The notes below the pieces were generated by a model, which saw only the letters and a list, made by a program, of their open reading frames with translations, did no database searches and was not told the origin of the DNA. DNA of 64,000 nucleotides from positions 319,620-383,619 of the forward strand of contig CAZSGP010000002.1 of NCBI GenBank assembly GCA_964606485.1, written 5' to 3'. Of this stretch, positions 31,899-41,121 are shown piece after piece (positions within the stretch are counted from its first letter, which is position 1; every line of letters begins with the position of its first letter). The translations under genes were made by a program, and so were the position numbers. This stretch comes from an uncultured Planctomycetia bacterium (GTDB lineage: Bacteria > Omnitrophota > Gorgyraeia > 2-02-FULL-51-18).

Positions 31899-32975
31899 TT
31901 ATTTCAGGGAGAGCTTTCTAAGATATTTATACCCGTAAAGCCCGGTCGAATGACCATCGCTCCAGGCAATGTGAAGCGCGTAGCGCCCAACAGTTTGAAT
32001 AGACGCCGCTTTTAGGTCTTGAGGAATTTTTTGAGGGTCTAATAATTTTTTTCCGGAAAATTCATCTACGCAGGCGGCACACGGGCACGCCACTCGAAGA
32101 TCTTTGGCTGAAAAAATACTTAATTTTCCGTCGGACCACTCCACTAGCACTTCCGAGTGGCCTGCTCCATTAGTTTTTTTGACAGAAATTTGAGATCCGC
32201 TCTCGTGAGCGCGGCCTTTAACTTGTTCGTCTAATTTTTTAGCAATCTCCGAAAAATCCCGCGTCACTGCGTGTTCCAAGGCATACCGAATCATGGGTTT
32301 TCCGTTATCGGAAGCTTCCCGCAACTCCGGCTCAAGCGCAATTTCTCCTAGGAATGGAATTTCTAGCACTGCCGCCGCTTTTTCTGTCCCTTTGTGGCCG
32401 AAAATTTCATGCTTCGTTGAGCAATTAGAACAAACAAAATAACTCATATTTTCGACGATGCCTAAGATTGGGACGTTCAGCTTGTCGAACATCACAATCG
32501 CTTTTTGAGCCACACTCCACGCCAAGTCCTGCGGCGTCGACACAATCAAGGCTCCCGTCACGGACGCGCTCTGACAAAGACTGAGCTGAACATCTCCTGT
32601 GCCGGGCGGCAAGTCGATCACGAGATAATCGAGCTCCCCCCACTCCACATGACCCAAAAAATCCTGAATCATTTTATTGAGCATCGGCCCGCGCCAAATC
32701 ACCGCTTCATTCGCCGGCACAAAAAAACCCATGGAAATGACGCTAATTCCAAAGGCTTGAACCGGAAAAATATGACCCCCTGACGACAGGGGCTTTTCGG
32801 TAATTCCTAAAATCGTTGGAATACTCGGGCCGTAGACGTCGGCGTCCATCAATCCAACTTTATAGCCTTGAGCCGACAACGCAAGCGCCAAATTGGCACT
32901 GAGTGTCGATTTTCCAACGCCGCCCTTGCCGCTAGCGACTGCGATAATATTGCGAATAGAATTAAGAGTATGCAT
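31899..32975 (-). CDS. Mrp/NBP35 (ApbC) Fe-S cluster carrier ATPase fused to a C-terminal DUF971 domain
   Basis: P-loop AVASGKGGVGKST, the Mrp CxxC (CSNCS), and a C-terminal segment with CPCAACVDE..HIAWSDGHSTGLY typical of DUF971. Confidence 0.8.
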   Translation of the reverse strand: MHTLNSIRNIIAVASGKGGVGKSTLSANLALALSAQGYKVGLMDADVYGPSIPTILGITEKPLSSGGHIFPVQAFGISVISMGFFVPANEAVIWRGPMLNKMIQDFLGHVEWGELDYLVIDLPPGTGDVQLSLCQSASVTGALIVSTPQDLAWSVAQKAIVMFDKLNVPILGIVENMSYFVCSNCSTKHEIFGHKGTEKAAAVLEIPFLGEIALEPELREASDNGKPMIRYALEHAVTRDFSEIAKKLDEQVKGRAHESGSQISVKKTNGAGHSEVLVEWSDGKLSIFSAKDLRVACPCAACVDEFSGKKLLDPQKIPQDLKAASIQTVGRYALHIAWSDGHSTGLYGYKYLRKLSLK

Positions 32976-33017
32976 AGATGTTTGCCTTACTAAAATACCT
33001 TAAAGGGATACTTCTTC

Positions 33018-34250
33018 CTAGATTTTATTTAAAGGGGCCGACAACTCGCGGTTGTTGGGACGTGTGAAAACCGCTTGAGCCACGCTGATATTGCGCATGC
33101 TGAACGCGGCTTCGCAGTAGGAGAGATAATAGTTCCACTTGCGCATAAATTTTTCGTCGAAGCCCAGCGCTTTCACGGCATCGGAATTTTGGTTAAAAGC
33201 CTCTCTCCAAATCGAAAGTGTCCTGGCGTAAAACGGCGTCATGTCCTCGTAAGCGTGCAAGCCCAAGTCCCCGGTGCGCCCGACCGAACGCATGATCTGT
33301 CCAAAGCTCGGCAAAATGCCGCCCGGGAAAATATGTTTTTGGATCCAATCCACGCTCTTTCGAAAACTTTCGTAACGATGATCGGGAGACAAAATCATCT
33401 GCAAGCCCAAAAGCCCGTTTGGCTTGAGCAAATGGTGGCATTGGGCAAAAAATTCTCCTAAAAAATCATGCCCGACCGCCTCGATCATCTCAATTGAAAC
33501 AATCTTGTCATACCTCCCCTTCAGATGCCGGTAATCCGAAAGCTCAACATGAATTTGATGAGAGAGCCCTTTTTCTTTGAAGCGCTTTTGCATAAACTCA
33601 TACTGTTCTTTTGAAATCGTCGCCGTCGTAACACGGCAACCCAGATTCACTGCAGCAAATTCTGCAAACCCTCCCCATCCTCCGCCGATTTCCAGCACAT
33701 GATCCTCACGGCGAATCAGAAGTTTGCGGCACATCACCTCATACTTGGAAGACTGGGCTTCCCCGAGAGACTGATAGTCGTTTTTAAAATAAGCGCACGA
33801 ATACGTCATTCCCGGATCCAAGAACGTTTCAAAAAAGGCGTTGCCGAGATCGTAGTGTTCTCTGATATTTTTGCGTGAGCCGGCCACCGTGTTTTGATTC
33901 AGGTGATGTTGGAAGCGGCTCAAAATTTTAAGCAAATTTAGCCGAGTACGCTTCTGACGGGAGCCCATGAGCGTCGGATGCGTTTCAGCGTTTAAAATCA
34001 TCCATTCAACGACCTTCACAATGTTGCTGGTTTCCCAATCGCCGTCAACATACGATTCTCCAAAACCGATGTCTCCATGCAACACGCATTTGCGAAAGAA
34101 ATCATCGTTTAAAATTTGAATATCCGCTTCGGCGGCCGAACCCTTGCGGCCAAATGTGAGGTGTTGACCGGTCGGCAGCGTCATCCGAAGGTAGCCCTCT
34201 GTCATGGGCTCCATCACTTTCAAAACAATTGAGCGGTAAGTGGTCTTCAT
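33018..34250 (-). CDS. Cyclopropane-fatty-acyl-phospholipid synthase family methyltransferase
   Basis: 410 aa with SAM motif VLEIGGGWGGFAEFAA and CFA-synthase architecture. Confidence 0.85.
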   Translation of the reverse strand: MKTTYRSIVLKVMEPMTEGYLRMTLPTGQHLTFGRKGSAAEADIQILNDDFFRKCVLHGDIGFGESYVDGDWETSNIVKVVEWMILNAETHPTLMGSRQKRTRLNLLKILSRFQHHLNQNTVAGSRKNIREHYDLGNAFFETFLDPGMTYSCAYFKNDYQSLGEAQSSKYEVMCRKLLIRREDHVLEIGGGWGGFAEFAAVNLGCRVTTATISKEQYEFMQKRFKEKGLSHQIHVELSDYRHLKGRYDKIVSIEMIEAVGHDFLGEFFAQCHHLLKPNGLLGLQMILSPDHRYESFRKSVDWIQKHIFPGGILPSFGQIMRSVGRTGDLGLHAYEDMTPFYARTLSIWREAFNQNSDAVKALGFDEKFMRKWNYYLSYCEAAFSMRNISVAQAVFTRPNNRELSAPLNKI

Positions 34251-34276
34251 AATATTCCCATTATTCCTGCATGCTT

Positions 34277-35074
34277 TTAGCCGGAACGAAAGCGCCTTTG
34301 AACGTCTCTTTGCAAATCAGGCCTATCTTCTTTTAAGCGGTGCGGAATTTTTTTTAAACTCAAAACCAACGCATGCCAATGTATCATAAAAATGATCTGC
34401 AGCGTCACAAATGGAAATCGAAGGGTATTGATCCATAAGTTTTTGGCGCAGAGCTCCTTCTTTTTTCCGGTCAACACCGTCGCTAGAATCTTCTGGCCGC
34501 CCTTCCAATCATCCACCCGGATCGACAACTGTTCTTTAGGCAGTGCGACCGAAAAATGCAGTTCCGCATCCAAATCGATAAATGGGGAAATATAATAAAA
34601 CTTTGTTTGCCGGTCTGAAAATTCGGCACTCTTAAAACAATCTCTTCCTAAAAAATACGCCTTTAGCTCTCCAAAGGTATTTCCGACCTCAGCAACAAGT
34701 GCTAACGGCTTGCGATTGGCATCGAAACAAAAGTAAAACGAAACCGGGTTAAAAATGTAGCCGAAAAAACGCAGATTGGTCAGAAGAAGAACCTGCGAAA
34801 CCGGCTCTGACACTCCGTTTTGTCTCAAATACTCTAAAACGTTTTCTTTGGCCGAATTTTTTCCGAACTGCAAATGATCGGAGTCTCTAAATTCGTAAAT
34901 CCCCTTAAGTTTTAGAGTTTTTAATTCATCCAAGTCGAGGCAAAACATAAAAAAGCTTTGCGAAAACTTGTAGGACCTAGGCGTAAAACGCTGGTGGGTA
35001 GTGCGGCATTCATAGAGACAGGACTGCATGGGCTGCCTCCTGTCCGGATTGAAACGCGTCCTCATGAAAACCAT
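34277..35074 (-). CDS. DUF1365-family protein
   Basis: 265 aa with HQRFTPRSYKFSQSFFMFCLDLDEL, matching the DUF1365 consensus. This family typically accompanies CFA synthase and amine oxidase genes. Confidence 0.7.
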   Translation of the reverse strand: MVFMRTRFNPDRRQPMQSCLYECRTTHQRFTPRSYKFSQSFFMFCLDLDELKTLKLKGIYEFRDSDHLQFGKNSAKENVLEYLRQNGVSEPVSQVLLLTNLRFFGYIFNPVSFYFCFDANRKPLALVAEVGNTFGELKAYFLGRDCFKSAEFSDRQTKFYYISPFIDLDAELHFSVALPKEQLSIRVDDWKGGQKILATVLTGKKKELCAKNLWINTLRFPFVTLQIIFMIHWHALVLSLKKIPHRLKEDRPDLQRDVQRRFRSG

Positions 35075-36263
35075 ACTTAAAATAGCTCCCGCAAAATTTA
35101 ATTCTCGAGCCTTGATTTAACTGGGGCAGCTCGTTCTGGGCGGCCACCGCGCCGGGATTATAGACCGGATGGAGATAAGTCCCGCTCCAGAGAATTTGTG
35201 AAGAGCGCACGAGACCCGGGTCGTTGATGGAAACAAAATAATTCTTTTTTTCCGAAACGCGCTGCAGGCGGTTCATCCAGTACACCGTTGTCGCAAAGGG
35301 TTTTCCGGCCGCTCTGGTTCCCGCGTAGTAATTCCAGGCTGACCACGCGCGACGCTTGCGGGGCATCACACTCTCGTCGGTGTGAAGAAGCGCTTCATTT
35401 TTTTGGTACCGAAATTTTTGAAGCAATTCTCTTTCCCCGGGCCGCGGGTTTTTGAGCATAGAAACCGACTCATCGGCATGAGCGGCTAAAACCACGGCGT
35501 CAAACTCGCGGCGCTCTCCATTGACCGTTTCGACCATTACTTTATCTCCAAATGACTCCACACGATGAACGCCGCAGCTTAAAAAAACATTTCCCTTAAA
35601 AAAATCCATAACCCTGTCACGATACACTCGACTGCCGCCCGTCACCGTTCTCCATTTTAAATGCCCGGTCAGACCAAGCAATCCGTGGTTTTTAAAAAAA
35701 CGCACGAGCGTCTCGGCTGGGAAATCAAGCATTTCGCGAGCTTCGGTCGACCAAATAGCCGAGCTCATGGGGAGAATGTATTTGTTCATAAAATCTTCCC
35801 CGAAGCACTTTTTTTTGGCGTAGTCCTTGAGCGACATATTCCTAAAACGAGGGTCATCCAAAATTTCACCGCAGGTTTTGTTGAAGCGGTTAATGTCTCC
35901 CAGCATTTTCCAAAATGGGATATTTAAAATATTCCGGCGCTGCGCAAAAAGGCCGTCTAGGCCCGTGCCGCTGTACTCTAGCCCCGAAGCCGCATGCTGG
36001 AAACTAAATGACATATCCGTCTCTTGGGTTGGAATCGAAAGTTCCGCAAAAAATTTCACAAGGCCAGGATAGGTGACTTCGTTGTAGACGATAAATCCGG
36101 TGTCGATAGGGATCGGACGGCCGTCTTCATCTGCGAGGACCGTGTTCGTGTGGCCGCCGGGGCGCGCGTCTTTCTCAAAGAAAGTCACCTCACATGCATC
36201 TTTTAAGTAATACCCGCAGGACATGCCCGCGATGCCGGTTCCAACAATCGCAATTTTTTTCAT
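35010..36263 (-). CDS. FAD-dependent oxidoreductase (amine-oxidase-like)
   Basis: Start taken at MKKIAIVGTGIAGMSCGYYL (Rossmann GXGXXG). Amine oxidase fold. Confidence 0.75.
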   Translation of the reverse strand: MKKIAIVGTGIAGMSCGYYLKDACEVTFFEKDARPGGHTNTVLADEDGRPIPIDTGFIVYNEVTYPGLVKFFAELSIPTQETDMSFSFQHAASGLEYSGTGLDGLFAQRRNILNIPFWKMLGDINRFNKTCGEILDDPRFRNMSLKDYAKKKCFGEDFMNKYILPMSSAIWSTEAREMLDFPAETLVRFFKNHGLLGLTGHLKWRTVTGGSRVYRDRVMDFFKGNVFLSCGVHRVESFGDKVMVETVNGERREFDAVVLAAHADESVSMLKNPRPGERELLQKFRYQKNEALLHTDESVMPRKRRAWSAWNYYAGTRAAGKPFATTVYWMNRLQRVSEKKNYFVSINDPGLVRSSQILWSGTYLHPVYNPGAVAAQNELPQLNQGSRIKFCGSYFKYGFHEDAFQSGQEAAHAVLSL

Positions 36264-37339
36264 TTTTTTACGAATAAATAATGCCCCACAAACCATTCCG
36301 ACCCGCGCTTAAATCCAAACAGTTCCTCGCAGGCCATAAAAAATACCCGCCATCTCACCCACCACTTCAGGGCGTCATCCTTGCCGTAGGTTTTTTCTAA
36401 AATTGGCCAAATTTCTTTTTTGTGACGGTCCATATTTTTAAGCCACGCCCGGCACGTTTTTTGATAATGCGTCCCGTCTACCCGCCAGTGATACTGAATT
36501 TTTAAATGCTCGCTAAACTCCGCAAATAAATTTTCGCTCGGCATAATTCCACCCGTAAAAAAGTGCTGAGCAATCCAATCGCTCGGGTCCGTGTGGTCGT
36601 AGGCATACGCAAAGCGCTTATGGCAAAAAATATGCACAAACAGTTTTCCCTCGGGCCTTAGCCAGCGGCTTATTTTTTGAAAAAGGAGCTGATAGTTTCG
36701 AACATGTTCGAACATTTCAACGGAAACCACTCGGTCAAAGGTCTGATCGGATTCAAACTCCGCAATATCTGCGGTGAGCACCGTTAAGTTGGTTAGTTTT
36801 TTCTTTAATGCTTTGTCTTGAATATATTCCCGTTGCGTCGAAGAATTTGAAAGTGCGGTGATGCGGCAGTCCGGGAAATGCTCTGCCAGATACAGACACA
36901 TTGATCCCCAGCCGCAGCCCAATTCTAAAATATTCATCCCGTTGTAAATTTCAGCGCGCTCGATGCTCATCTCGAGCATGTCTTTCTCGGACAGATCCAG
37001 CCCGCTCAGCTTCGCGTGAGGATTCGGTTCGCGGTAGGCAGGCTGCGACCCAGGAAATTTTGTGGGCGGGCGCCAATAGCCGCCGCTATACTTCATATGC
37101 CTTCCTAAAATAAATTTAAAAAACTCGGTGGGTAGCTCATAATGCTGGCGATTCGCGTCCTGCGTATGAACCGTGATAGGGCTCTTCATGAGCGTCTTTA
37201 CAAAATCATTGAATCTCTTCTTTTGAGCCTCTTCGCGCCCGGAATTTTCCTGATCCAGTTTTTGACTGAGCAAGCGGCGCATGCCAAAACGAATGAGAAA
37301 ATCGGGCAGCTGATTTTTTTCGAGAAGGCTTTCGATCAT
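36260..37339 (-). CDS. Cyclopropane-fatty-acyl-phospholipid synthase family methyltransferase (second copy)
   Basis: 359 aa with SAM motif ILELGCGWGSMCLYLAE. Confidence 0.85.
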   Translation of the reverse strand: MIESLLEKNQLPDFLIRFGMRRLLSQKLDQENSGREEAQKKRFNDFVKTLMKSPITVHTQDANRQHYELPTEFFKFILGRHMKYSGGYWRPPTKFPGSQPAYREPNPHAKLSGLDLSEKDMLEMSIERAEIYNGMNILELGCGWGSMCLYLAEHFPDCRITALSNSSTQREYIQDKALKKKLTNLTVLTADIAEFESDQTFDRVVSVEMFEHVRNYQLLFQKISRWLRPEGKLFVHIFCHKRFAYAYDHTDPSDWIAQHFFTGGIMPSENLFAEFSEHLKIQYHWRVDGTHYQKTCRAWLKNMDRHKKEIWPILEKTYGKDDALKWWVRWRVFFMACEELFGFKRGSEWFVGHYLFVKK

Positions 37340-38130
37340 TTCTTTTTAAACCACGGTACAAATACGCTGGTTGATTTTTGATACCGGCGGTAAAACTCAC
37401 CTTTGGACTTTAGAGACTGGGCTTCTGCCGGGGGAATTCCGCTGCCGAACACTAAAAAATAAAACATCAGCACAGGACTACAAATCGCCCAAATCCCTCC
37501 GGGTGCCGGCAATGCAAAAAGAAAATACCCCACCCACATCGTCCATTCAAAAAAATAATTGGGGTGACGGGAAAAATTCCATAGTCCCGCCTCGCAGACT
37601 TTGCCCTTATTCGCCGGGTCGCTTTTAAAACGCGCAAGCTGTCCGTCCGCCGAGGCTTCACCGATAAAACCAACCCACCAAACACCGATGCCGATCCACT
37701 CTAAAATCTCAAATTCTGGCTTGGGATTGGCATCGATAATGAGAAACGGAACCGATAAAACTGCTGCAGCGATGGCCTGAATTTGAAAAAAAGCAAAGAA
37801 GTTGAGTTTTAAATTTTTTTTCCAATCTACGCGTAATTTCGCATAGCGCGCATCTTCTCCTTTTTCTTTAAAGAGGCGGTGAAACAAATGGCGCGACAGC
37901 CGCCAAGCCCACAGCGCGACCATGATTGAAAGCGCTGCTTGTCTTCTTTCAAAACCATGCGCCTGGAAGTCATAAAAGAAAGCTAAAACCGCCAAACTTA
38001 ATGTCCAGACCGGGTCAACGATACTGAAGCGGTCAATGCGCACCGCGATGATCCAGAGCACCGCCATGATGGCGCAAGACAAGAAAAGTCCGTACATCCA
38101 AGTCGTTGCGAGAGAATTGAAGAGATTCAA
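37336..38130 (-). CDS. DUF1295 membrane protein (ICMT/steroid-reductase-like)
   Basis: 264 aa polytopic protein with GLWNFSRHPNYFFEWTMWVG (RHPNY motif). Confidence 0.7.
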   Translation of the reverse strand: MNLFNSLATTWMYGLFLSCAIMAVLWIIAVRIDRFSIVDPVWTLSLAVLAFFYDFQAHGFERRQAALSIMVALWAWRLSRHLFHRLFKEKGEDARYAKLRVDWKKNLKLNFFAFFQIQAIAAAVLSVPFLIIDANPKPEFEILEWIGIGVWWVGFIGEASADGQLARFKSDPANKGKVCEAGLWNFSRHPNYFFEWTMWVGYFLFALPAPGGIWAICSPVLMFYFLVFGSGIPPAEAQSLKSKGEFYRRYQKSTSVFVPWFKKK

Positions 38131-38136
38131 AATTTT

Positions 38137-38865
38137 TTACTCGGGCACACGAACAATTTTTAAAATCCTAAAAAAACGGATCAACGGATAGGTGGGGTCG
38201 ATTTCAAACCATTTCATAGCAAAATTAAGCTTCATGCCGGCGTGGTGATGATTATTTTGCATCAGCTCCCCCATCACCAACAAATCTACCGGAAGCGTAT
38301 TGCGCGACTTGTCTTTATTATCAAAATTCTGATAACCATATTTGTGCCCGCACCAGTTCACAATTGCGCCGTGCACCGGACCCATCATAAAGTGAAGCGG
38401 CAAAAGCAAGTACATCCACCACGCTGTTGCAAAAATCATATAATAAACCACGTAACAACCGATCCAGAAAATTCTAAAAAACCAGTGATCCGCAAAACGG
38501 TCAAACTCCACCCATTCGGGATAATGCCCTTCGAATTTTGAGGCGGGTTTTAACCGACCCTCCTTAATATCCAGATACCTATAAAGCGTTTGAAGCATCA
38601 TGGATGCCACGTTTTTGTAGTAACTCGGCGAATGAGGATCTTCCTGGGTATCGCTATACGCGTGATGCATGCGGTGCATCAAGGCATACGCGCGTGGATT
38701 CAAATAGGAGGATCCTTGCGTAAGAAATGTGAGGACATAGAATACCCGCTCCCAAAATTTATTCATGGTAAACATTTGGTGGGCGCTGTATCGGTGTAAA
38801 TAAAATGTTTGGCAAAACGCGGATAAATACCAATGCGCCACAAAAAAAACGAGAATCGGAATCAC
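38137..38865 (-). CDS. Membrane fatty-acid (acyl-lipid/acyl-CoA) desaturase
   Basis: Histidine boxes HRYSAH, HRMHHAYSDTQEDPHSP and NNHHHAG. Confidence 0.8.
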   Translation of the reverse strand: MIPILVFFVAHWYLSAFCQTFYLHRYSAHQMFTMNKFWERVFYVLTFLTQGSSYLNPRAYALMHRMHHAYSDTQEDPHSPSYYKNVASMMLQTLYRYLDIKEGRLKPASKFEGHYPEWVEFDRFADHWFFRIFWIGCYVVYYMIFATAWWMYLLLPLHFMMGPVHGAIVNWCGHKYGYQNFDNKDKSRNTLPVDLLVMGELMQNNHHHAGMKLNFAMKWFEIDPTYPLIRFFRILKIVRVPE

Positions 38866-38882
38866 AAAAAACCTTTCAAATT

Positions 38883-39866
38883 TTAGTAGCTTGCCAGAAC
38901 CGCGTTGGGGTGATCGCCGGTTAAGTCCATCATGCGCTGAAGGGTTTTTTGCGCGCGGCTGCGAGTGGGCTCCGGAACTTCAATTTTATGCTCCATGTTT
39001 TCGAGCGCGTGCGCGACCCAGCCAAGAGTCGTCATTTTCATAGTCTGACACACAAAATGTTCAGTTGGCGCAATGAAACGTTTATTCGGAAAATCTTTCT
39101 TTAATTTATAAATCATTCCGACTTCGGTGCCAATGATAAACGTGTCCGCTTTGGACTTGGCAATAAACGGCCCGAAACCGCTCGTCGAACACACGCAATC
39201 GGCCAAATCAATGACGTCCGGCGGACACTCCGGGTGCACAATAAAAGGCGCGCCGGGGAACTTTGCTTTCACCGCGCGCACTTCTTCGGCGGTGATGCGA
39301 ATGTGTGTCGTGCAAAAACCTTGCCAGAGAATAATTTCTTTTTCGGGGCAAAACCGCTGAGCATAATGCCCCAAGTTTTTATCAGGGACGAATAAAATTT
39401 GCTTTTCTTTAAGAGACTTCACGACTTGAATCGCATTGGCCGAGGTGCAAGCAATGTCGCTCTCCGCCTTCACTTCGGCAGAGCTATTCACATAACAGAC
39501 CACAGCAGCGTTTGGAAATTCTTTTTTCTTTTCGCGTAAACGCTCAGCCGTCACCATGAGCGCCATGGGACAGTCTGCTTCGCGAACAGGAAGTAAAACC
39601 GTTTTTTCGGGATTTAAAATCTTGGCGCTCTCGGCCATAAAATCCACGCCGCAAAACACAATGGTGTCGTAACCAGTTCCCACCGTCGCCTTGGAAAGCG
39701 CGAGCGAGTCGCCAAGAATATCCGCTACCTCCTGCACTTCATAATTTTGATAATTATGGGCAACGATATAAGCATTGCGCTCCTTTTTTAAGCGCAACAC
39801 TTTCTCGCGGAGCTTCTTTTTATACTCCTTTGAGGTTTCAAGCGTTTCGAATTCTGGTTCGATCAT
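38883..39866 (-). CDS. nadA: Quinolinate synthase
   Basis: Start taken at MIEPEF (ATG about 39866, with GGAGGT 8 nt upstream). NadA motifs VAHNYQ plus Fe-S cysteines. The 71 upstream codons of the listed ORF derive from a repeat element. Confidence 0.85.
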   Translation of the reverse strand: MIEPEFETLETSKEYKKKLREKVLRLKKERNAYIVAHNYQNYEVQEVADILGDSLALSKATVGTGYDTIVFCGVDFMAESAKILNPEKTVLLPVREADCPMALMVTAERLREKKKEFPNAAVVCYVNSSAEVKAESDIACTSANAIQVVKSLKEKQILFVPDKNLGHYAQRFCPEKEIILWQGFCTTHIRITAEEVRAVKAKFPGAPFIVHPECPPDVIDLADCVCSTSGFGPFIAKSKADTFIIGTEVGMIYKLKKDFPNKRFIAPTEHFVCQTMKMTTLGWVAHALENMEHKIEVPEPTRSRAQKTLQRMMDLTGDHPNAVLASY

Positions 39867-39870
39867 AAAT

Positions 39871-39985
39871 CTACCTCCCCGGCACTTCGTGTCCGCCCCT
39901 CCTTGGTAGGGAGGGGAAATCCTACTCGTCTTTCCTCCCCTTACCAAGGGGAGGTGTCCACCGCAGTGGACGGAGGGGTCTAAAC
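39871..39985. repeat. 110-nt multi-hairpin intercistronic repeat element, copy A (suf region)
   Basis: Contains the palindromes CCCCTCCTTGGTAGGGAGGGG, TCCCCTTACCAAGGGGAGG and GTCCACCGCAGTGGAC. Near-identical to copies at 40565 and 43797. It lies directly upstream of the nadA start. Confidence 0.8.
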
Positions 39986-40549
39986 TTGGACAACTTCCTT
40001 CACTTCCGGAATAGATGCTTTGAGCCGATTCTCTACACCCATTTTGAGCGTCATAATCGAACTCGGACACGAACTGCACGAGCCCTGTAAATGAAGCGTC
40101 ACAATCCCGTCATTATACCCGTAAAACGTAATATCTCCCCCATCCATGGCCACGGCAGGTCTGATTTCACTATCCAGAATCTGACGGATTTTTTGTTCGA
40201 TGGCACTGTTCCCTTCAACCGGCACACCTTCCGTCACCTGCGGCTTGTGTCCAAAGAGCTCTTTGTCACTTGCAAGCGCAGACTTAATGGTTTCGGTAAC
40301 ATTCCCCACGATGGTTTGCCACTGAGCAGCGGGAGCCTTCGTGACCGTGATAAAATCGCGGCCGACCATTACCCCTAGCACCGAATCAATCGCAAAAAGC
40401 TGCTCGGGTAAATAATTTCCGCGCGCTTTTTCCTTGTCCGGAAAATTAAATGAGCCGGATTCAAAAAAAACTTTGTTCACATTAAATTTCAGCGTATGCG
40501 GATTCGGTGTGACTTCCGCAGTAATTTCGATTTTAGTATTCGTATCCAT
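39980..40549 (-). CDS. NifU/Nfu-type Fe-S cluster scaffold (Nfu_N + NifU C-terminal CxxC domain)
   Basis: Start taken at MDTNTKIEITAEVTPNPHTLKF (Nfu_N). C-terminal GSCSSCPSS motif. The upstream 60 codons of the ORF are repeat-derived. Confidence 0.8.
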   Translation of the reverse strand: MDTNTKIEITAEVTPNPHTLKFNVNKVFFESGSFNFPDKEKARGNYLPEQLFAIDSVLGVMVGRDFITVTKAPAAQWQTIVGNVTETIKSALASDKELFGHKPQVTEGVPVEGNSAIEQKIRQILDSEIRPAVAMDGGDITFYGYNDGIVTLHLQGSCSSCPSSIMTLKMGVENRLKASIPEVKEVVQV

Positions 40550-40564
40550 AGCTATCTCCTTTTT

Positions 40565-40686
40565 ACCTCCCCGGCACGCCTTCGGCGTGTCCACTCCTCC
40601 TTGGTAAGGAGGGGAAATCTTTCTCATTTTTCCTCCCCTTACCAAAGGGGAGGTGGTCGCCCTCAGGCGACCGGAGGGGTTAAATC
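40565..40686. repeat. 110-nt multi-hairpin intercistronic repeat element, copy B
   Basis: Same architecture as copy A. The third hairpin is GGTCGCCCTCAGGCGACC in place of GTCCACCGCAGTGGAC. It overlaps the 3' end of sufU and supplies the RBS of nfu. Confidence 0.8.
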
Positions 40687-41121
40687 TTTTAGCGCGTCCC
40701 CCAGTGCCTGCCAGGCCAGCGTCGCGCACTTGACGCGCACCGGATAATTCTTAACCCCTTCAAAAATTTTTAGCTTTCCGAGAGCCGCTTTTTCCTCAGA
40801 TGAAAGCGTTTCGTCCGTCAGCATCCGGATAAAATTCGCATCCATCGTCTTTGCTTCTTTGATGCTTTTTCCTTCCAGCGCTTCAGTCATTAAAGACGCG
40901 CTAGACTTTGAAATGGCGCATCCAGAACCTTCAAACTTTACGGCCTTTATTTTACCGCTTTCATCTGTCAACAAATAGACATGATAGTCATCACCGCAGA
41001 GAGGATTTACCCCATGCGAGTAAGCGCTTGGATTTTCCAGTTTGCCGAAATTGCGCGGCGAACGGTTGTGATCCAAGATCACTTCCTGATAGAGATCGTT
41101 TAATTTAAACTCGAACATCAA
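40663..41121 (-). CDS. sufU: SufU/IscU-like Fe-S scaffold/sulfurtransferase
   Basis: 152 aa with conserved cysteines (LCGDDYHV, GSGCAISKSSAS). Confidence 0.8.
   Translation of the reverse strand: MMFEFKLNDLYQEVILDHNRSPRNFGKLENPSAYSHGVNPLCGDDYHVYLLTDESGKIKAVKFEGSGCAISKSSASLMTEALEGKSIKEAKTMDANFIRMLTDETLSSEEKAALGKLKIFEGVKNYPVRVKCATLAWQALGDALKDLTPPVA

Noticed and set aside
39869-40079. N-terminal extensions of the listed nadA, nfu, sufC, thyX, sulfite-reductase and MoeZ ORFs (for example the ..[17 protein letters not shown].. peptide on nadA)
   Set aside because: These extensions are read-through of repeat elements or intergenic DNA upstream of the true ATG. Each true start has a Shine-Dalgarno sequence and an N-terminus homologous to the protein family.
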